Of a DNA stretch of 64,000 nt, positions 28,547 to 37,609 are shown in pieces. Positions within the stretch are counted from its first letter, which is position 1, and every line of letters begins with the position of its first letter. A program made the position numbers and the translations under genes. Origin of the DNA: a virus (Duplodnaviria; Heunggongvirae; Uroviricota; Caudoviricetes); IMG/VR virus record IMGVR_UViG_3300013102_000006, positions 19,869 through 83,868 of that record; one strand, given 5' to 3'. Under the pieces are notes generated by a model. The model was not told the DNA's origin. It saw nothing but the letters and a program-made list of their open reading frames with translations, and did not search any database.

Positions 28547-28574
28547 ATTGTAAATGTAAATTATATAAAGTCAA
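28547..28574 (-). promoter_or_regulatory. SigA-type promoter (minus strand): -35 TTGACT, 16-nt spacer, -10 TACAAT
   Basis: Plus-strand attgta 28547-52 and agtcaa 28569-74; extended motif aactgTTGAC. Confidence 0.5.
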
Positions 28575-28785
28575 CAGTTTTTTATAAAAAGTCCCAAAAA
28601 GATTGGTTTTTCTCTAGTTGCTTAGCGATTTTACGCACCAAGCTTAATACTTCATCTTTCTTATGAAGAGAAGTTCCCTGAGGAATTCTTACTATAACCA
28701 CATCGTCATCTTCTATGTGAGGAACTAGCGACTTAATCCGTTTATATTTACTCATGTTTTCATTGTAAAGATAAATTGAAAAAAG

Positions 28786-28817
28786 TCAAATAAAAAGCAC
28801 TCCATTGGTGTGGGAGT
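28786..28817 (-). terminator. Rho-independent terminator downstream of terL (minus strand)
   Basis: GCACTCC-(9 nt)-GGAGTGC hairpin; a plus-strand A-run (aaataaaaa) gives a U-tract on the minus-strand RNA. Confidence 0.5.
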
Positions 28818-28951
28818 GCCTTCTATGTTCTAGTTCAGATACGCAACCCGTAACGGGGCCATTCTCTGCTTTCAGTAGGTTTAGGGAGGTTCTTATGTTA
28901 CTTCCTCTGCCTACACTATTATAATAGCACAAGCAGTATAAAAAGTCAATA

Positions 28952-30334
28952 CTAAAAGCTAATTCTGTCCTGGTTTTTAGATGAATCTGACTGGTCGGCC
29001 CCATTAGCTACCCAGTTAGCGATTGCTAATGAGTCAGACTTGTCTGGAGATATACCAAGCTCTTTTTTCACCTCTGACTTCTGACAAACGACTTCTTTCT
29101 CGTCCTTTATGTCTGTAGTGTGCGCAAAAAGCTGCCTTTGCAGAGTGTTGTCGTCATATTTCTCATCGTCCCTATATAATACCTTCAGGTCACCATTATC
29201 CATGCTGTACCGTAGACCGAGATATATCTCATTCCTCGACTTATTTGTAGCATGATAGATAGTCGGATACCATCCGCGTTCACGTAGCCTGTCACGCATT
29301 CCTACACCGATACCATTCTCTTCTATCGCTATTCTACTAGCATACTTTGCGCTGAACCCATGCTGCTGAGCAAACTTAATGAGTTCATTGGTGTATAGTG
29401 TCGACATTGGTCGTTCATCTTCCTTTGTGACATTATTTCGATCGAACTCGAGCTCTGGTATCTTCAGTTCTTTCTGCGCTACCATTACACCATTATCAAT
29501 AATCGTGGCCACTGTCGTGTCAGTACCAGCGTCTGAAGGGTCTACGCCTATATACTTGTTGAATGTTTCACTTGCTTCAGGAAGATTATATATCTGCGAC
29601 TTCTCCCATAGGTAAGAAGTAATAAGCGAATGGTCTTCATCTGAATAATTCCAGTTGTTCTTTAGGTATCGCTCTACCCACCATTTTTGTTTTCTGAATA
29701 GAGCGGCAATATCGTTCTTATCCTGCCATGAATCCTCTATAGTGTACTCAATCACCATAACATTAGGAGGAAGAGTATTTTTCTTCCATTTGTCATAATA
29801 TCGTCGCTTAGACCAACCGTTATTAGGGTTCATCGTTATGATGTTGATGCTAGGTTGGCCATTTTCATTAGCACGACCTTTACGAGATAGAATCATATCA
29901 AATGAATCTTCTTCAAGCTCATTTGCCTCATCTATAAGGTTTCCTGTAGCGTCGACACCCTTAACTTTCATTTGGTCTTTGTCTTTCGACCTATCGGCTT
30001 CTGAGAATGTTATAATCGAGCCGTTATGAGAGAACCTAATCTCTAAGGCCATATCATGCCAAGTCCAGTCCTTATTCTCAATAAGGTTCATCTGGCCAAG
30101 TGTCTTTTTAAACGTACGAATAAGTGTCTTCCTGGAGACTGTATTATTCTTACGCCAAGCAAACCAGCGTGTTTCTGGGAATTTATAGCATATAGAGGCA
30201 ATTATATGAGAAGCCACTACAGTTTTACCTGTACCGACTGCGCCAATTAATATAATCTCATCAACTTCTGGCTGATTATTGATTAAATCAATTGTCTGTG
30301 TCTGTTTCGGCTTCAGTTGAAGTTGCTGTGTCAT
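28952..30334 (-). CDS. terL: Terminase large subunit
   Basis: 460 aa; Walker A LIGAVGTGKT, Walker B NLIDEANELEED, C-terminal RNaseH-like nuclease region (IGVDPSDAGTDTTVATIID). Confidence 0.8.
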   Translation of the reverse strand: MTQQLQLKPKQTQTIDLINNQPEVDEIILIGAVGTGKTVVASHIIASICYKFPETRWFAWRKNNTVSRKTLIRTFKKTLGQMNLIENKDWTWHDMALEIRFSHNGSIITFSEADRSKDKDQMKVKGVDATGNLIDEANELEEDSFDMILSRKGRANENGQPSINIITMNPNNGWSKRRYYDKWKKNTLPPNVMVIEYTIEDSWQDKNDIAALFRKQKWWVERYLKNNWNYSDEDHSLITSYLWEKSQIYNLPEASETFNKYIGVDPSDAGTDTTVATIIDNGVMVAQKELKIPELEFDRNNVTKEDERPMSTLYTNELIKFAQQHGFSAKYASRIAIEENGIGVGMRDRLRERGWYPTIYHATNKSRNEIYLGLRYSMDNGDLKVLYRDDEKYDDNTLQRQLFAHTTDIKDEKEVVCQKSEVKKELGISPDKSDSLAIANWVANGADQSDSSKNQDRISF

Positions 30335-30704
30335 TTCTCGATTTAATCTCGCTGATTATGACAGGGGCAGTTGTAAGACGCTCGCCATCTGATGTTATGT
30401 CGACTTTATCGCCCCATCCAGTCTTACGAAGCCATTCAGCTGCTCCCTTTTCGCCTTTCATTGCCTGAATCATCATAGCTATAACAATTGCATTCGCACC
30501 GTTGCGTGATGGCATATATTCGTAGTATGCTGGCTTGTTTTTTGATATCTTATCAAGCAAGTCCTCGTCAGCTAGAAGCTCTCGTACTACTGTCGACCAG
30601 TTTACCGAGCCTTTTGGTCTGCCTTTTCGATTTATGCGTGAGTCGCCCTTTTCGAAGGGCTTTAAATTAGCTAATCTTTGTTGTCTTCTTTGTTCTTCAT
30701 CCAT
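30288..30704 (-). CDS. Putative terminase small subunit / DNA-binding protein
   Basis: 138 aa immediately upstream of terL with a basic HTH-like N-terminus (INRKGRPKGSVNWSTVVRELL); assignment by position and motif only. Confidence 0.35.
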   Translation of the reverse strand: MDEEQRRQQRLANLKPFEKGDSRINRKGRPKGSVNWSTVVRELLADEDLLDKISKNKPAYYEYMPSRNGANAIVIAMMIQAMKGEKGAAEWLRKTGWGDKVDITSDGERLTTAPVIISEIKSRNDTATSTEAETDTDN

Positions 30705-30715
30705 GTTTGTATTCT

Positions 30716-31207
30716 CTATCGATTTGATGTCTTGACTTTATAGCCTCTACCATCGAGTTCGCTAAATAATGATTCGAGCTCCTCAGCTGATTCAAGTTCT
30801 ACAGTAAGTTTCATCACCTGTTCAGACGAGTCTTCGCCCGTTAAGTTCTTTAGTAGGTCTACACCCCATGAATCGAGTTCTAAGAATTCATATTCATTAG
30901 GCAACGTGTCCCAGTCCCATTCACCGCCGCTCACATTGTCTTTTATGATAAACTCTCGCTGTTTTTCTTCGCTCCAGTCAACTACACGAACTGGTACTTC
31001 TTTCCAACCAGCTTCCTTCATAGCCTTGAACCGCATGTTACCACCGAGAATCATATGGTCGGCGTTAACCACCACTTCTCTAACTTCTGCCATTTCTGGG
31101 AAGTCTTTCATAGACTGAACAAGTTTTTTGAATTTGTCGTCTTTAATAATCCTTGGATTATTAGGATTTTCTTTAATAAGGTCAATTGATAATTTTTGTG
31201 TTTGCAT
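30716..31207 (-). CDS. ParB N-terminal domain (ParB/Srx-like nuclease) protein
   Basis: 163 aa; IKENPNNPR and ILGGNMRFKA (GGxxR) ParB-box motifs. Confidence 0.55.
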   Translation of the reverse strand: MQTQKLSIDLIKENPNNPRIIKDDKFKKLVQSMKDFPEMAEVREVVVNADHMILGGNMRFKAMKEAGWKEVPVRVVDWSEEKQREFIIKDNVSGGEWDWDTLPNEYEFLELDSWGVDLLKNLTGEDSSEQVMKLTVELESAEELESLFSELDGRGYKVKTSNR

Positions 31208-31230
31208 GTTATTATCTCTGTTATTATTAT

Positions 31231-31268
31231 AACAAAACAGCCATTACCGTTGTTATCACAGTAATGGC
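31231..31268 (-). terminator. Rho-independent terminator (minus strand)
   Basis: GCCATTAC-(13 nt)-GTAATGGC perfect 8-bp hairpin; plus-strand aacaaaaca gives a U-rich tract on the minus RNA. Confidence 0.45.
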
Positions 31269-31299
31269 CGATTTATTGTCACAGTTAGTGACTATTTAT

Positions 31300-31608
31300 C
31301 TATCTATTCCATTTTTCGTATGCATCATTTAGGAACATTCCTAGTGTTGAGAACGACACCACGAGCACTAATGCGGCGCATAAAGGTGGAAAGACAATCA
31401 TAAGTGTTACAAGTGCTAAGGCAATCCATATTGATAGACACTGGAAGCAGTAAAACCCCTCTCTAATGCCTCCGTCCTTGTAATCCATTTGGTCTACACG
31501 TTCGCGCAGCTTCTGGAATATAGCCCAAGGCCCAGTCTCTTCCTGGAGCATATGTGTCAGTCTCCAGACCGACACAATACTCATCAATATAAAGATTACG
31601 AACAACAT
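31300..31608 (-). CDS. Hypothetical membrane protein
   Basis: 102 aa, three hydrophobic helices. Confidence 0.35.
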   Translation of the reverse strand: MLFVIFILMSIVSVWRLTHMLQEETGPWAIFQKLRERVDQMDYKDGGIREGFYCFQCLSIWIALALVTLMIVFPPLCAALVLVVSFSTLGMFLNDAYEKWNR

Positions 31609-31610
31609 TA

Positions 31611-32387
31611 TTACTTTAATGGAATACTTAGTATGCTACTGCTACCAGATACGGTAGTAGGAAGAACACCATTCCACTTGTCTAGAGCCTTGCTCTGGTT
31701 TTCGATTTCTTTTAAGTGTAGGTAGTTGTCAGTAAGGGTTTGTGCTTGAACTTCTTGTGCTTGTGCGTCTAGACGGGCTTGGTCAAGATTAAACTGTGCA
31801 CGTTCGGCGTTTTGTTGAGCAACCTGTCGGCTCTCGATAGCTTTAGTGAACTCTGCTGAGAAGTTCAGGTCAGTGATACTCACGTTTTCTACAGTAATAC
31901 CACGAGCACCTAATCGGTCAACAAGTGCGACCTTTACTTCGCTTTCAACCTGCGCACGCTTCGCGATTAGGTCGACAGCGTTGTACTTAGCGGAATTAGA
32001 TTTAAATGCTGACTGAATCGCTGGAGTGATAAGTGTATCTTTATATCCTACACCAACAGTCTTGTGTATATCAGATACTTTACCGCGCTCTAGGTGATAG
32101 TTAACGACTACAGTTGAACTCACATCCTGTAGGTCGGCTGTAGCCGCAGCTGCAGTCTGACTTTCCTTCTGGGTCTTAATATCATATTCTGTCACGTTAT
32201 TAGCGCCCCAAGGTGCTACCCAGGCAAAGCCTTCTGATAGTTCGCGCCCAGTAACTTTACCATAACTCGTAACAACACCAATCTTACCTGTACCTACAGA
32301 TCGCATTGAGCTGAAGAAAGTAATCACTCCCAATAGTACTAAGATTGATATCAGTGTAACACTTACATACTTGCGTGTACGGTTCAT
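31611..32387 (-). CDS. SPFH/band-7 (prohibitin/HflC-like) domain protein
   Basis: 258 aa; N-terminal TM helix, then an SPFH-like core and a coiled-coil region rich in Q/A repeats. Confidence 0.5.
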   Translation of the reverse strand: MNRTRKYVSVTLISILVLLGVITFFSSMRSVGTGKIGVVTSYGKVTGRELSEGFAWVAPWGANNVTEYDIKTQKESQTAAAATADLQDVSSTVVVNYHLERGKVSDIHKTVGVGYKDTLITPAIQSAFKSNSAKYNAVDLIAKRAQVESEVKVALVDRLGARGITVENVSITDLNFSAEFTKAIESRQVAQQNAERAQFNLDQARLDAQAQEVQAQTLTDNYLHLKEIENQSKALDKWNGVLPTTVSGSSSILSIPLK

Positions 32388-32524
32388 TTATTTATTCTTC
32401 CTTTTACGTTGGCGCTCGGCCATTTCTTGATTCTTAATATCTCCGCGTACAGTGAATAATACAACCACCGTACAAATACACAAAACTATTGCACAAATTA
32501 GTAATCCAGCAGCCATATTCTATC

Positions 32525-32923
32525 CTAGAAAGGGATTTCTGACAAGTCAAGCGGCTTATCAATAGAGTTATCTGGAGCAACTACATCGCGAGATGATGAA
32601 TCTGGAGCTGATGAGTCTTTAGCATCTAGTAATGTTACGTCGTAAGCCACAACAACTACCTTAGATTGCTTCTTACCGTCCTTTTCCCAAGTCTGTTGGT
32701 CAAGTCTTCCTTGAATAAGGACCTTAGAGCCCTTCTTTGTATATTTACCTAATACATCTGCGACCTTTTCCCAGGCGCTGACTTCAAAGAATGCAGTTTG
32801 GTCCTGGCCTTTGTCTACGGCTATACTTGCGCTAGCTACAGACTTACCCGATGAAGTAGCCTTAACTTCTACATCTCGTGTTAGTCGACCCAATAGAATT
32901 ACTTGGTTCACACTTTTGCCCAT
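32525..32923 (-). CDS. ssb: Single-stranded DNA-binding protein
   Basis: 132 aa; OB-fold N-terminus MGKSVNQVILLGRLTRDVEV...; acidic C-terminal tail ending DLSEIPF (SSB DxxIPF tail). Confidence 0.7.
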   Translation of the reverse strand: MGKSVNQVILLGRLTRDVEVKATSSGKSVASASIAVDKGQDQTAFFEVSAWEKVADVLGKYTKKGSKVLIQGRLDQQTWEKDGKKQSKVVVVAYDVTLLDAKDSSAPDSSSRDVVAPDNSIDKPLDLSEIPF

Positions 32924-33291
32924 TATTCTTGCTCCTCTTCTTGTAGTTTCTTTAACTTTTCTAGTTGTTCTTCGTGATATTCAATGGTCTTTTGAATATT
33001 TGCGATACTAAATTTGTGATAGTCTTTCTGTATCTCAACTTCATCAAGTCCATTCTCAAGACGATAATTCATCTTCTCTACAAGCTCTTTACCTGTTCGT
33101 GCTACAAATATCATTGGAGCTGAAGCTTCGTTGATAGGAGTGATACGAACTGCAAAATTAACTTGTCCTGGCATCGTTGAATCGAGTACAGCCTGAATGG
33201 TGTAATCAAGGTCATTTCGTTTGACCTTTTTCTTGATTTTCATCACAAGTTTTTCAGCTTCTAGTAGACTCTTCTTTGTCTTGTCTTCCAT
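32923..33291 (-). CDS. Hypothetical protein
   Basis: 122 aa ORF, coiled-coil-like. Confidence 0.3.
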   Translation of the reverse strand: MEDKTKKSLLEAEKLVMKIKKKVKRNDLDYTIQAVLDSTMPGQVNFAVRITPINEASAPMIFVARTGKELVEKMNYRLENGLDEVEIQKDYHKFSIANIQKTIEYHEEQLEKLKKLQEEEQE

Positions 33292-33474
33292 ATATATTAC
33301 CTTACTTCTTTCGTTTATTCAAGTAGTTTTTCTTTGCAATCTTTTTTCGCTTTGACTTTTTAGGTAAGTTATCATCAGTTGCCTCAATCTGCACCTTGCG
33401 ACGCCGATATTGTCTGTTATTGACGATTATTCCGCCTTCGTTATCAAAGCCAAGTAGGCCACTTCCCATCACCA

Positions 33475-33717
33475 TTATTTCTTACCAAACGCGTTTAAAA
33501 ACGCAGTGCTTATTGCTATTACAAATGCGATGGCAATCGCCAAGGCTACTGGTGTCCATAGAGGTGCAGTAATCCACCACCAAGACCAATGAACAACATC
33601 AGTAGTTAGATTGCCTCCAGGATTAAGCTTCAATACGAATAGAACAAGGAACAACCATCCTAGAAGACCCATATTATTTGTTATATTACTTGTGCTTTTA
33701 TTAAAATTATTAGCCAT
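33475..33717 (-). CDS. Hypothetical membrane protein
   Basis: 80 aa, two TM helices. Confidence 0.3.
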   Translation of the reverse strand: MANNFNKSTSNITNNMGLLGWLFLVLFVLKLNPGGNLTTDVVHWSWWWITAPLWTPVALAIAIAFVIAISTAFLNAFGKK

Positions 33718-33725
33718 ATATGCTC

Positions 33726-34172
33726 CTATCTATCAATTTCTAGAGAAAACTTTATGAAGTCTTTGTATAAATTGAATGAACTAAATGTAAGTTTCACGTT
33801 GTCATTGTCCTTATCGAGAATCTGACTTGATAACGCGGTGATTGTGTGTGGGTCGATTTCATTTACGCCCTCGTCCACAATCATATTTGCAGAGAAACCT
33901 CGTTGGTCGAGGTATGTTTCAATGTTTCTAATATGTTCTTCATTACGAGCTTCAAGAACGATAATAGTCTTATGCGGACTCGTAGCCCATAATGACTGCA
34001 TATGCTGGCTAGATTGCATACCTGCGAACATAGCAGCGTGTGAAGCTTGTGCTGCAGCTTTACCTACCGACATACCGAGTGACTTATTGAGAAATATGTA
34101 TACTACAGGATTTTCCCGTTTTTCTACAACTTCTCCTATTTCGACTGGCTTATTATCGTCGCGCTTTGCCAT
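33726..34172 (-). CDS. PTH2-family peptidyl-tRNA hydrolase-like protein
   Basis: 148 aa; VGKAAAQASHAA matches the PTH2 signature GK(x)AAQ(x)(x)HA. Confidence 0.5.
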   Translation of the reverse strand: MAKRDDNKPVEIGEVVEKRENPVVYIFLNKSLGMSVGKAAAQASHAAMFAGMQSSQHMQSLWATSPHKTIIVLEARNEEHIRNIETYLDQRGFSANMIVDEGVNEIDPHTITALSSQILDKDNDNVKLTFSSFNLYKDFIKFSLEIDR

Positions 34173-34347
34173 AATAATCTTTTCCCATTACATAAGACTC
34201 GACAGCTTTATAAATCGATTCGTTATCTTCAGATGTCGACGAAAATATTCTGTCCATAGTCTTTGACTTGTACCGAAGAATTGCAGTCACACCATACTCA
34301 TTTCGTACGATTACTACAGATTCTGGCATTTCTCTTTTAAAAATCAT
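34153..34347 (-). CDS. Hypothetical protein
   Basis: 64 aa ORF. Confidence 0.25.
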   Translation of the reverse strand: MIFKREMPESVVIVRNEYGVTAILRYKSKTMDRIFSSTSEDNESIYKAVESYVMGKDYYGKARR

Positions 34348-35239
34348 AATAAGGGTCTCCTAATTGCATTACTGGTAAGCCAAGTTCGTCTCTCCACATT
34401 CTACAGACTGATGGTCGATCATCGAATATAGCGAGTACATTGTATTTTCCCTTTATGTACTTCTCATACATTTCTCGCTTTACAACGGTATCTTTGACTT
34501 GATTTCCACTGGCATCAGTATGGTCAGAGCGGCGCATGTGTAATTCTTTATAAGCGATATCATTTCGGTCTAGCCAATCTTCAGTCTCAGGTCGGCATAT
34601 CTCATCCCTACCGCTAAATAGTATTATCTCTGCTCGTTCAGTCTCAGCGATAGCATCAATCATAAATGCTACACTTGGGTCTGCCTCGTCTTCACCAACA
34701 AACTTCCAGGCATATGCAGCTTTATCACCAAATCTCTTCCTAGTTGTCATATGCGCTAGCGTTCCATCTATATCTGAGATAACGACATACGGAAGGTTCT
34801 CGTCATATTCAGGAGCGTCTATTGGCTTTTTAACAAATTGATGATACATATCACGTATTACTCGTTCGCCAACTGACCTAGAGCGTTTCAAATCACGCCT
34901 TACGCATTCCTCGATAGGAACCTTAAGGAATGAATCATTTACTTCAAATTCAGCTCCGAACTCATCGGCCATCTTTTTGAGAGACTTCTCATGCACTGGG
35001 TTAAGATTTGTGTCATCAACTACGACGCTCTTGTTGTGTTCTAGTGCCGCGCGAATCATAGCATCTCTTGTCCACAATACTTGCTTTTCATGTTTGCGCT
35101 TATAATGTTCACCAAAGAGCATCTCTCGGATGTCATCTTTATTTACTCGGTAGTACCCACTCTCAGAAAGCGTACGAGCGTACGTACTCTTACCAGATGC
35201 TGGTAGACCCTTTGTCATAATCAGCTTTAATTTTGCCAT
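34337..35239 (-). CDS. pnk: Polynucleotide kinase-phosphatase (T4 Pnk-like: 5'-kinase plus 3'-phosphatase)
   Basis: 300 aa; N-terminal P-loop MTKGLPASGKSTYARTL (kinase); C-terminal HAD phosphatase motif VVISDIDGTLA. Confidence 0.75.
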   Translation of the reverse strand: MAKLKLIMTKGLPASGKSTYARTLSESGYYRVNKDDIREMLFGEHYKRKHEKQVLWTRDAMIRAALEHNKSVVVDDTNLNPVHEKSLKKMADEFGAEFEVNDSFLKVPIEECVRRDLKRSRSVGERVIRDMYHQFVKKPIDAPEYDENLPYVVISDIDGTLAHMTTRKRFGDKAAYAWKFVGEDEADPSVAFMIDAIAETERAEIILFSGRDEICRPETEDWLDRNDIAYKELHMRRSDHTDASGNQVKDTVVKREMYEKYIKGKYNVLAIFDDRPSVCRMWRDELGLPVMQLGDPYYDF

Positions 35240-35240
35240 T

Positions 35241-36164
35241 TTATCGTTCCGTATCAGCTACTGATAGACTGTTATTCAATATGTCGTGATATATTTGAAT
35301 AAACTTCCTATTACACAGCCCTTTTAGTTTTTTAAAGTTAAGAGCAGGTACTTTTTTAACTATTTCCCATATCTCTTCTGTAATGAGGTCGTGGTAGCAA
35401 GTGCCAGCAATTTGGCTGGTGTGCTTCATATTAAGTCGTTCTTCAGTCTGCGACTGCAGCTTTTGAATGATTTTTTCTACACGAGCGACTGTACAGTATT
35501 TGTTAACAACATACATTTCCCAGTATGTTTCTGAGTGCTTATTATTACCACCAAACACAATAGCATTTGATTCCTTGAACTTTTCATGGACAACCTTTGC
35601 ATATACGTGGTCACCAAATTTGTTCACAAAGTTCGCAGCCTTAAGTACTACACCCTCACCTGCAGGTGCAATAGCAGATTTACCTACGAATTCTTTAATC
35701 TCATCAAGCGTAAGTTTACCTTCAGCAAATACGTGAGGATATTCGAGTCCTAGAAATTCTGCTTCGGCTTTTACATCTTCCTGAGGTAGCCACCTATCAT
35801 TAGCTCTGTCGTAAATATCAAACAGATAGATTTTCTCATAGGCTGCATCTGGATATGTAATGGTGTGCTTCACAAGCCATTCGCCATAAAGAATATGGTC
35901 AGGATTTCGGCTAAAGTACATAGCGAGACTTAAGTTATTTTGAACAGCCTCTTGAAAACCTCTAAAAGATTCATCTTCAGGTAGCATTCTGGTACGAGTA
36001 CCGCAACGAATCTTACCATCAAGCTGAAATATAGAGATGTTCGCGCCATCTACTTTTTCTTGAACTATTAGTTCTTCATCTAAGATACCATCGGTCTCTT
36101 CTTTTCCGAGTCGATGTATTTTTTCGTATTTTCTGTATTCCACTTCATTTTCCCCTATATACAT
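35241..36164 (-). CDS. RNA ligase (Rnl2-like ATP-dependent nucleotidyltransferase)
   Basis: 307 aa; motif I QEKVDGANI (KxDG), motif IV GEGVVLK, motif V YAKVVHEKFK; adjacent to pnk as in T4 tRNA repair. Confidence 0.65.
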   Translation of the reverse strand: MYIGENEVEYRKYEKIHRLGKEETDGILDEELIVQEKVDGANISIFQLDGKIRCGTRTRMLPEDESFRGFQEAVQNNLSLAMYFSRNPDHILYGEWLVKHTITYPDAAYEKIYLFDIYDRANDRWLPQEDVKAEAEFLGLEYPHVFAEGKLTLDEIKEFVGKSAIAPAGEGVVLKAANFVNKFGDHVYAKVVHEKFKESNAIVFGGNNKHSETYWEMYVVNKYCTVARVEKIIQKLQSQTEERLNMKHTSQIAGTCYHDLITEEIWEIVKKVPALNFKKLKGLCNRKFIQIYHDILNNSLSVADTER

Positions 36165-36967
36165 TATCTCTTATTGAGCTTATGCTTGTCAATAGGTAGA
36201 ACCTCCCAAAATGAATCATTTTTCTTTACAATAGTAGTTTCAACTGTTGACTCGTCAGGTATGAGTATTTCACGCTGATTTTTAAGTTGCTGATTGAAAT
36301 GTTTACATACAACTGAATAATCAACCATATTAGTATAGCCATTCTGACGTAGTTCTAATCCCATAGAGATATCTGGTCCAAGAGATTGATATGTATGGAA
36401 GACGTGGTTCTTGTATATGTTCGCATCAATCAGTGCGCAGTAGAATCCTCCCGCATCGATGTTTTCTATGCCTGAATCCTTATAGGGAATAGATGTAGTA
36501 CTTGTCGGGTTATAGATATCATTGAACCTCCACCCACCGATATATGGAATTCCCCACCTACCGAGCTCGACACCCTCAGCGTATACACACCCTGGAGTAT
36601 TTCTAAATATGTTCATAAGCTTAGTAAGGGCGTTTCTAGGGACAATTGTGTCATCTTCAGTAAGGAATACGTAATCAGCTATACCCACTCTGCTCTTTGC
36701 AAAATTATGGATAGCAGTAATCCTCTTACGTCGTGCGAGCCAATCGAATCTTTTTACTGGCTTAGTCTCAGGATACTTTACAGTTAAACGTTCGTTAAAC
36801 TTTGTGTCCTGAATCATGTTTCTGACTTTAACGTACAGTTTATTATCACCGTCAACGATACATAGTAAATTAGTATATGTAGGATCGCAGTCTATAAGCT
36901 CGAGCGCTGATATTACATCAGTAAGATATTCTTCTCTCGAGACAGTTAATATTATAGTAATAGTCAT
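36164..36967 (-). CDS. Glycosyltransferase, GT-A fold (family-2-like)
   Basis: 267 aa; N-terminal Rossmann-like start (TITIILTVSRE), DxD-like FLTEDDTIV. Confidence 0.5.
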   Translation of the reverse strand: MTITIILTVSREEYLTDVISALELIDCDPTYTNLLCIVDGDNKLYVKVRNMIQDTKFNERLTVKYPETKPVKRFDWLARRKRITAIHNFAKSRVGIADYVFLTEDDTIVPRNALTKLMNIFRNTPGCVYAEGVELGRWGIPYIGGWRFNDIYNPTSTTSIPYKDSGIENIDAGGFYCALIDANIYKNHVFHTYQSLGPDISMGLELRQNGYTNMVDYSVVCKHFNQQLKNQREILIPDESTVETTIVKKNDSFWEVLPIDKHKLNKR

Positions 36968-37608
36968 AAGTTAACCTTATTAAATTGCTTTCCATCAATA
37001 ATCTCGAGTGCTGTGTAATCTCCAATTGGTGTACCATCTCGTTCTGTTGAAAACGAATCAATACACCATACATTTGGTTCAACTTCCCAGCATGTCTCAC
37101 TTGGAGTGTGACCAAATACTTGGTTAGGTAGATATTGTCTCCTTGATGAATAGTTTGGACTATTAGGGCGCGCCCATAGTGGACTTCCGTCGGTCCATAA
37201 ATCATCGCTATTGCCGCTTATCCATTCCTCTGTATATCCGGCATGCGAGTATGTTATCCCATCTTCAAAAACCGAAATAGGTAAATTTCGCACCCACTCC
37301 TTAAGACTCTTATTCTCTGGCGTATTCAGTAATGCTTGAGTCATGCCATTATAGCCACTTGATAGAACATCTAGGCTATTTACATAGCTATAGTCATGAT
37401 TACCCGTTAAGAATATAAACTTCTCTTTATTAGAATTATGCATGTTCTTTATTCTTTTCCAGGCATTCACACTCTCAATAGGACTTGAGTCCCAATCATC
37501 TGAATAATCGCCAATGAATATAACCTTGTCGTATCTACTTGCTAATTCTTCTACTTTATCAAGTATCCACATCTTAGTGTGAATGTCACCTATGGCAAGT
37601 ATTTTCAT
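36964..37608 (-). CDS. Calcineurin-like metallophosphoesterase
   Basis: 214 aa; MKILAIGDIHTK (GDxH), GDYSDDWD (GDxxDRG-like), GNHD motifs. Confidence 0.65.
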   Translation of the reverse strand: MKILAIGDIHTKMWILDKVEELASRYDKVIFIGDYSDDWDSSPIESVNAWKRIKNMHNSNKEKFIFLTGNHDYSYVNSLDVLSSGYNGMTQALLNTPENKSLKEWVRNLPISVFEDGITYSHAGYTEEWISGNSDDLWTDGSPLWARPNSPNYSSRRQYLPNQVFGHTPSETCWEVEPNVWCIDSFSTERDGTPIGDYTALEIIDGKQFNKVNL

Positions 37609-37609
37609 T

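Noticed and set aside
28786-29004. 72-aa minus-strand ORF spanning the terL 3' end and the terminator hairpin
   Set aside because: It overlaps the terL stop region and consists largely of the terminator stem-loop sequence.
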